NCBI GenBank assembly: GCA_904063045.1
Contig: CAJFCJ010000095.1
Location: 141,184-184,822, forward strand
DNA length: 43,639 nucleotides
Reading direction: 5' to 3'
Source of the DNA: Dimorphilus gyrociliatus
Taxonomy: Eukaryota; Animalia; Annelida
The position numbers and the translations under genes are program-made. The notes under the pieces are model-generated. The model was not told where the DNA came from. It did not search any database and saw nothing but the letters and a program-made list of their open reading frames with translations. This document shows, piece by piece, positions 36,001-43,639 of the stretch (position 1 is the first letter of the stretch; every line of letters begins with the position of its first letter).

Positions 36001-39000
36001 CTTTTGATAAAAGTGTTGTAGGTTGTTACCAGATGGCAACGCTAACTGACACTCTTAAATGTGCCAAATGCTTAAATTCCTTTGTTTTGACAGCTATGGG
36101 AAGCTGTCTTCCAGCAATATCTTCTTGTAAAGATGGATTCAGTTATGCATTTAATAACGTTAATGCATCTTGTAATGTACTTCTTCCACATCATGTGAAA
36201 TCAGGAGATATATATCCGGTTCCATTGTCAAATCAAGGAGGTCAGCAATGTCAAGGATACTTTGCAAAATCTGGAACATTTTCTCCTAGCTTGGCTAGAT
36301 GTTCTGGCTGTACAACTGGATATATTTTGGATACTTCAAATCCAGAAAAGTACGAATGTGTCGCCTGCAACGGGATAAGCTTGTTAAATTGTAAATTTGC
36401 AGTAGTTTCTGATGGTACATGCCTTTGTGGTAGATGCAGTGAAGCAGGAGAAGGGAAACATTACCTTAAACATCCGATTGATCCGGGATGCGTAGAAATT
36501 GCAGATATAGCAAATTGTAATGCATACACAATGAAACTGAACGAAGGAGTGTATATTGCAGTATGTTCAGAATGTTCTGCAGGTCAAATTGTCGCCAAAA
36601 ATGGTCTTTCTTGTTTACAATGTGGAACTTGCAATGGTGGAATAAACAAATTAAATTCGGTTGGTGATGCTTGCGAATGTACTTGTCCATTAACTGGGTC
36701 AATAATAAATTCTGATTTAAACGCCTGCATTGATTGTTCATCAGATAAAATTGCAAATTGTACAGAATTCATGCTAGTCAATGACATTTGTAAATGTTCT
36801 CAGTGTGCACAGAATTATATAATCAAAGATGATACGGAATGTATTGATTGTGAAAGCGGAGAAGGTGGGGCTAAATGTATTGAATGCAATTTGGCGGCTG
36901 GATCGTCAATCGTTTCAAGTTGTACAAAATGCGCTTCTGGTTGGGCTTTAGAGCCCGCTTCTTCGTCAACTAAGCCAAAATGTTATCAATGTCAGGATGG
37001 ATGTGAAAAGTGTACAGTTGATGTATCTTCCACAACTCCTAGTACAATTAACAGATGCCTTCAATGTACAGCAAACTATGCTCTTAACAATGCTGGAGAG
37101 TGTATAAAATGTCCATTAAACTGCAATGAATGCAGGATTGACCCCACTAATCAGAATAGCGTTATTTGCTTATCATTTGGATGTGCATCGTCACGAGCTC
37201 TAAAAGATTCCGATTTCAGTTGCGAATTATGCTCAATTACCAATTGCGCAATATGCGTACAGCAAATTAATGACTCATTTACGTGTTTGCAGTGTAGTAG
37301 CGGCTATTATAAAGACAACAGTGGAAATTGTCAAGCGTGCGTTGAAGGTTGCAGTTTCTGTTTGAATGGTGAAACTTGTATACCCAATGGCTGCACAGAA
37401 GGATTCATTAGACACAGAACAGAGGGAACTTGTTTGCCCTGTACTGGAGCTGGCGTTGCAAGGTGTTCTTTTGAAGCCGCTGATTCCGAGATACTTGTTC
37501 CGGAAGTGTGTAAATCTGGCAATACGTTAACTAAATCTTCTGGTGGTAGCCTATTGTGTGAAAGTAGGTTAAAATTTCAATAGACCATGTTTAAACCTGA
37601 ATTGTTCTAATTGTTTTGAAACAGGATGCGATCTAAACTGTAAAAAGTGCGATGTGAACGGGCTTACTAAATGCGACGAAGGGCAGTGTAACACTGGCTA
37701 TTTTTATGATCCAACTGATAAGGTATGTTATCAGAATAAATATGGATGTTTACAGTCAAAAAGATGGAATGGAGAGACAATCTGTTCTGCCTGCGATACT
37801 GCAATATCTGTTTTATCGAATGGCAAATGTAAAAACTGTCCAACTGGTTGTTCCGGTTGTACTTTTGATATGACTTCTGCTAAATTTTCATGCGCTTCAT
37901 GTAAAGATGAATACTATAGAACAGCTAATAATCTTTGCGCTGCTTGTCCAACTGGATGTAACACTTGCTTATCAAAAGAAGGAAGTGTTCAATGTACTTC
38001 TTGCAAATCAAATTATGGGCTGAATGGAGAACAATGCGAACCATGCAATACAGACAATTGTGAAAATTGTCAAACTTCTTCCGGAAGCGGAAGTAGTTCG
38101 GTAGAGTGTACATTTTGTGCAAAAAAGTATTACATAAACTCTGAAAGTTGCGGACAATGTCCAAACCTATGTCAAGAGTGCTCTTACAATGGCAAATACG
38201 AATGTTTAATATGTCAAGAAGGAACTGGAAGGTCACCAGACGGAACTTGTATTCCTTGCCCGGCAACCTGCCAATCGTGTGCCGTGAATTCCGATAGGAC
38301 TATTAGATGTATTAAATGCAAATCAAATGAATACTCTCTTCAACCTGACGGAAGATGTAGGCCCTGTTCAGAAGTAACATTTGCTAATTGCGCAACATGC
38401 AGTTCTAACCCATTCAAGGCCAAGGTTAGTTGCTACTCATGCAATGCTGGCTATTCTCTACAAAATGATGGAGAGGGTTGCATCGACTGTTCCATAGCTA
38501 AATGTGACAAATGTATCCATGGTAACATTTGTTTGGAATGTAAATCAGGATTCCAGTTGACCAATCATAATACGGAGTGTGCTCGTAAGTGGTTTTTTCA
38601 AGTCTCCTTCTATACAAAGAGCATTTATTAATTATTTCATTCATTTTTATAGAAAAATGCTACGAATGCAAAGGAAATGAAGCTGATTGCGGAAATGACG
38701 TTTCAAATTTAAAGAATAGCACCAGTAATTTAAAGGTTGTAGATTGTTCCATTGGAGATTGTTGGGCCTATAGAATGGAAAGTCTTGGACAAGTAACATT
38801 TGCTAGAGGATGCTCAAATGAAACTTGCACTTCCGCAACGACAAATGAAAATTGCAAGACAATTAACGAAAAGAAAGAATGTGTTAAATGCTGTAGTGGA
38901 GATCGATGTAATACCTGGGCATTAGACGGGAAAGCAGGAGCCGAAAGAATAGCCAATATCCCTTACTTCATCTTTTTATTAATTCTCATAAATATTCTAA

Positions 39001-39020
39001 CAACGGGATTAAGAATATAA
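33084..39020 (+). CDS. About 1,790-aa Cys-rich (CXXC/furin-like repeat) surface protein with a C-terminal Ly6/uPAR-like domain and GPI-anchor signal (10 exons)
   Basis: Signal peptide MTLFITLFLSILLFQ. Dozens of CPxxCxxC..CxxC..GY..C repeats. Nine introns, all phase 1 and joining in frame. Last exon KCYEC..C..C..RGC..C..C..CCSGDRCN plus hydrophobic tail IPYFIFLLILINIL. Confidence 0.88.
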
Positions 39021-39512
39021 GAAGCCGCCATTTTTTTGGTGTGTGGCTAAACGAAGATTTTGTAAAAATAAACAAATATTATTATACAGAACTTTTCAAA
39101 ATTTTCAGAATAGCCACTAATTGAAGAACTACTAGTCGAACTGTAAATCTGTATAGTTTGAGTGTTGTAACAGCAAAAAAAAACAAACAATGCGTCTTTG
39201 CAGTATCTATACAAACAAGAGTTTTGAGAGAAAATGTCACACTGTTTGCCAATGTACTCAAAAAAATCTGTAATAGATGAAAATAATCCAGTTTTTATAT
39301 AGCTTATATTCCACTTATTATCAATAATTCAACTACCTTTGATACTGTTGAAGTTTTCTAAACTATCTTCTCTAATGATATAGAAGAATCTGGTTAAAAA
39401 GAGAAGAAAGACAATGTTTTATTAGCCTCAATCTCAGCTTTTGAAAAATAGACAATACATAAGATTTTTCAGTGACATTTCTCATCAGTCTGCTGTCTGT
39501 AAATAGCCAAAA

Positions 39513-40043
39513 ATGGATAATTCAAGTCTGACGTCTAAGATTATTTTTCCACCAGATACTTTGAATTGGTTTATTGGCTATAAAATTATTGGTACAATTC
39601 TTTTCCTACTTGAAATATTTGGAAATTGTGTAAGCTTTATAATATTTGGAAAACGAACGATGAGCGGTACAACGACATCAATCTATCTACGAACATTAGC
39701 CATAATGGATACTTACGCAATGATGGCTTGGTACTTTTTCAATATGTTTTATACAATAGAAGTAAGCGTGTTTAAAGATGTTCAAGTGTTTGTTTACGTT
39801 AAATGTCAAATATACAACTATTTAGAGAAGACTTCACAACCGGATATAGGTGATTATCATTTTTTAGCCATATCCGCATTGGTTACAAAGCTATTATTAA
39901 AATCGAATAGCGCACTGAATTTCTATTTTTACTGTTTAAGCGGTAAAAAGTTTCGTAGAGAATTTATGAAATTAATTGTAAAAACTGGAATTAGTCTATC
40001 AACAGCAACAGAAAAAGTCATTTTTTCTACTTCTGCACTGTAA
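39513..40043 (+). pseudogene. Intronless class A peptide-receptor-like GPCR with TM3-TM6 deleted in frame (pseudogene, truncated receptor or assembly gap)
   Basis: TM1 (FGNCVSFIIF), TM2 (IYLRTLAIMD) and the start of TM3 (KCQIYNYL) run straight into TM7/helix 8 (NSALNFYFYCLSGKKFRREF). Only 176 aa; no DRY motif and no TM4-6. Confidence 0.65.
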
Positions 40044-40412
40044 ATAAATTGCTATTGATTTGCTATAGAAACGAGATTTTATGATCAAGACACTAACATG
40101 AACGATGCATGTAAAATTGATGTCAACAAGTAAAGATGTTTATTGTTGTCTTTGATTGATAAATAAAAAAAGAAGTGAATGTATAAAACTTACAAAAGGA
40201 ATTGATTGGTGTAGCGGAGAGGAGAAATGCTACGTTCAACCATCAAAAAGCTATTCAATTCGCTTGAATTTTTTATTATCGTATATTGTTTTTCCCTTTA
40301 AAAACTAGGTTTAAGTTTCATTGATATCGCTCAAATATTATCTTGTTCCTAGTGGCGTTGATAATAAGGTAAGAGCGTCACTTTATAGTTGAATAAAAGT
40401 TTTGCATAAAGG

Positions 40413-41572
40413 TCATTTGCCAAATCTTTGATCGAGTTTTCCAAAATGGCGTATGCCCAAAAATCGGATATAGGATTTACGAAAATGTTTGTTCATGATA
40501 CCGTAGATAATACTATTACAACTGGAATTAAAATGAGCAATGATAAGCGTAAATACGTGAACCTCAAGTGGTAATTTATCGTGTTTATCGTATAGAATAA
40601 CAATTCCATATGGCAACCAACAGGAGATAAACACAATAAAGATGACAAACAATGTTCTCGCTAGACGCAGTGCGTTTTTTCTCTCTTTCCTGTTTATTGT
40701 ATTCCTGATTGTCTTTTGCATCTTTATCTTTCTTTCCGCAATTTTCCTCTTTCTTTTTGTGACGTAAATAAAGATTTTCAAATAGGAAAATGCAATTAAA
40801 ACTATAGGGAATATAATTCCAACTATAACTAAAAAATTTGAATATGAATGAGAATTAGTCCTATCCCATAAACATGTCATCGCCTTTCTATCGAATTTAA
40901 TACTAGTCCAATTGATAAAGTGTAAATTAGGAATTTGGATAAGAAAGCATACCGTCCATAAGAGAATAACAATTCCAAATGTATTGGAAAGAGTAAAGAT
41001 TCTAAGGAGAGGAAGAGGAAGATGGAGGAGAAGAAGATTTATTGTAAAAGAAAAGAAATTCACTAACCTGTCGTGTAAACTTCTCTGAACAATATGAAAA
41101 TATCTATTGACGCTAATAGCTCCAATAGAGAACAAAGATGCCAAACAAGCAATTATGCACACCGAACCGACAATTTGACAAACAACTTGTCTTTCCAAAA
41201 ACCATTTTTCGCCATTAACAAGACCAATTATGCTAAAGATGTTTACAAAACTAGAAACTAACAAATCAGCAATTGCCAAATTGATAATAAAAATATTACC
41301 AATTCTCTTTAAATGCTATAACAAACAAAACAAACAAAACAAACAAAAAACGGAACGAAATAAAAAGAGATTGTTTTTTTTTTCATTTTTTTAAATTTTA
41401 AATTACAAACTTTATTAAAAAAAACTGCTCCAATTGCTAAAATATTTCCCACAGTTCCAAGGAAAATTGAAATGACCATAATAATTAAATATGGAATTGC
41501 AACATCCGCTCTACTATTCATAATTCCAGATTCCATAATTGATGTATTTTGCAGCAGATATGATAAATCCAT
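40413..41572 (-). CDS. Melatonin-receptor-like class A GPCR (3 exons)
   Basis: GTVGNIL..AV, NIFIINLAIADL, ISVNRY (NRY rather than DRY, typical of melatonin receptors), CWLPY, AHFNSSCNSIIYG.MNKHFR. Introns at 41316-41410 and 41002-41067. Confidence 0.85.
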
Positions 41573-42184
41573 GTTTTAGCGTTATATTTGAATACTGCAA
41601 CTAGTTTGATATTAAGTATAAAAGCTATCCTTATTTCTTATTGGCTAAAGAGATAATATTTAACCAATGACAACATAATTACATTAATTGGAAATTTTTT
41701 CCTAATTACTCTTAGATAGACTTAGCGACTCTTTAACATTAAAGATATGACATTCTAACTGGATTTAATTATTTAGATTGGATATTTAATATCAATTTAA
41801 TACAGTATAACGGCGTTCTTTGGAAAATTATAAATAGATACTTTATCAACAAATCACCAATTAGAATCAAGTATAGAATGTCAACTTTTCAGCTATTTAA
41901 ACCTTTTTCAAGTACAAACAAAAGACGTAAACATCGAAAAATATCTATGACAAAATTATCAAACGTTGTTTTCGTATTAGTTGACCTAGAAAAGATAATA
42001 TTCCAATACAGTTTAAAGAATTATACAGACAAACATAGTATGGATTCTAATTGAGCTTATAGGCCTACCATTTCATCAATATTGACCTTCACGATCTTTT
42101 ATAAATTGCTTAGTAATATTTTCAATTCATATTGTTTTTAAAATATTAACAAAACAATTGAAATAGTTGTTTATTTCCCGAATT

Positions 42185-43639
42185 ATGAAGTTTTTTCAAA
42201 GTAGCGTCTACAAAGCGTTTATCATTGTATTTTCAATTTATAGATTTACCAATTCAGCCTATTCATCTTGCTCTTTAAATTATCATTTATATTCATCATT
42301 AATTTTTAATAATTCAATAAAATATCAATTAATTTCAATTGAGGAAACTAACTATTACATTTATGGAAAATTGAAAATATTCTTTTTAAATAAGAATGAA
42401 AGCTTTTTCTTAGAAATTCGATCAGAAAATGAAAAAGAAATCTATGGAAAACTTTGCCAATCAATGGGATACGATAATATATCATTTTGGGCTCAGACGT
42501 GTAAAAATGGACGAGGTAATTAATTGTCAGAATATTGATTAATGAACCTTTTAATCTCCTTCTTTCGGAGCTTGAGAGAAAACGGTGCAGTAAGCAAACG
42601 TTTAGGATAGGATTTTAGGCTTTTATAGGGTTAGGAATCGTAAAATGGATAGAATCTTATTAAATGTTGGGTTTAGGGTTAGGGAAAAACATCAAAAAAG
42701 AAATAGAAAAATGGACCGTTTTCTTCCCATTACAATCTCTATCTTTGCATTAATTCTAGTCTGAAAAAATCTTACAGAGAAAGCGGAAGTGTTAATTTTA
42801 AATAGTAAAATGTAAATAAATTATTTTCGGATTATTTCTTTGATTGATTGTGAAATAATCTTTCATTCATTTCAGTTATAGATATTCAAGTATGGTGAAT
42901 GTTCAAAATCATGAATTCTGTATGAAATGTTACAAGAGAAACGTCACGTGTTAGTTGGGTTCTGTTTTTTAAATTGGATTTTGTTGGCTGTAATACTATT
43001 TTGTCTAAAAATCTATTAGATTTTCTCGCCTCCGAAGAGAAAGAGTCTTATAAACTTTTATTAAATAATAACGGTTCAATTTGTTCCGTGTTTGTAAACC
43101 AATCGGTAAACGTTGAAAGATATTGCCAAAGATCTTTGTTTATAGTAAATCAAAGGGGGGAAGAGTTGAAAATGGAAGAAGAATGTCAATTTCGAGTTTA
43201 TTTGAATGAAAATGATGAAATTATGATTATTTCGAAATTGAAATACGAAACTAATTCATTATTTTGTAAATCATCTCAACTAAATGATTTTCAGTTTATA
43301 AAAACTGGTAATAACAAATTGGAAACTATAGAATATTATACAAAACATACATTAAATCATTTACCCGTTATTCAATCAAAAACATATGGAAGGATTCCAA
43401 TGCTTATTGATACCAGTTCTCAAAGTATTCAAAGTTGTCGAATTGTTGACAAAAAGCGTCGAATAGAAGAGACGTTTTCCGTCATAATTCACTTTTTGAA
43501 TGGAATAATTGTTGCGTAATTTTTAACATGATTTGTTTTCTTCCTTAGACAAAGAGATACATTATAGAATTCTACCTGCTCCATGTTGGTCCATTGGCAA
43601 AATTCCAAGTCCGAAATATACAAGGTTAATATATTTTCC
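42185..43639 (+). CDS. 5' part of a gene with the same degenerate SRCR-like / SKTYG module as the N-terminus of the left-edge GPCR
   Basis: ATG at 42185. IYGKLKIFF..SFFLEI..KLCQSMGYD aligns by eye with VEGLLTGW..SFYYI..AICKKLGYD (left gene), and QSKTYGRIP with IKSKTYGLL. The first intron has a phase problem: the best donor (42516) is phase 1 but the acceptors (42875/42881) need phase 2. The gene runs off the window. Confidence 0.6.

Noticed and set aside
33605-38956. Overlapping ORFs in the Cys-rich gene (33605-33904, 34337-34696, 34815-35024, 34934-35164, 36466-36756, 36584-36787, 37331-37522, 37925-38266, 38768-38956)
   Set aside because: Frame shadows of the repetitive Cys codon pattern.
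33084-39020. Recent horizontal transfer or contamination from a protist
   Set aside because: Intron size, splice signals and base composition match the neighbouring animal genes. CXXC repeats converge easily.
1-43639. CRISPR arrays, rRNA/tRNA genes, operons or prokaryotic defence systems
   Set aside because: No repeat-spacer array or structured-RNA signature was seen by eye. The DNA is spliceosomal-intron eukaryotic sequence.

Overview
AT-rich (about 70%), gene-dense animal DNA with very short introns (mostly 50-80 nt). This fits a compacted invertebrate, probably spiralian, genome; an annelid such as Dimorphilus is only a guess from genome style. The ORF track breaks the genes into exons, so I re-joined them by hand at GT(GC)-AG junctions and checked reading phase. 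All seven genes encode surface or secreted proteins. (1) Minus strand, about 6076 to <1: a GRL101/RXFP-like LDLa+LRR GPCR with extra degenerate SRCR-like N-terminal modules. (2) Plus, 9444-30041: one giant polycystin-1-family gene of 31 exons and about 6,100 aa. Its ectodomain is [CTL-PAN-3xF5/8C]x3, CTL-PAN-F5/8C, fibrinogen domain, F-type lectin, Cys module, 3 unassigned repeats, about 9 PKD-type domains and REJ. It then has a GAIN with a degenerate GPS plus a furin site, PLAT and 11 TM. (3) A small secreted two-PAN protein. (4) A CXXC-repeat protein of about 1,790 aa ending in a Ly6/uPAR-like domain and GPI signal. (5) A peptide-type GPCR with TM3-TM6 deleted in frame. (6) A melatonin-receptor-like GPCR. 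(7) The 5' part of an apparent paralogue of gene 1. Decayed Tc1 and mariner transposases lie between genes 1 and 2. The standout is the lectin-array polycystin. The palindrome TAGGCCTA is also unexpectedly frequent. No database searches were run; domain calls are by eye and inner coordinates are approximate.
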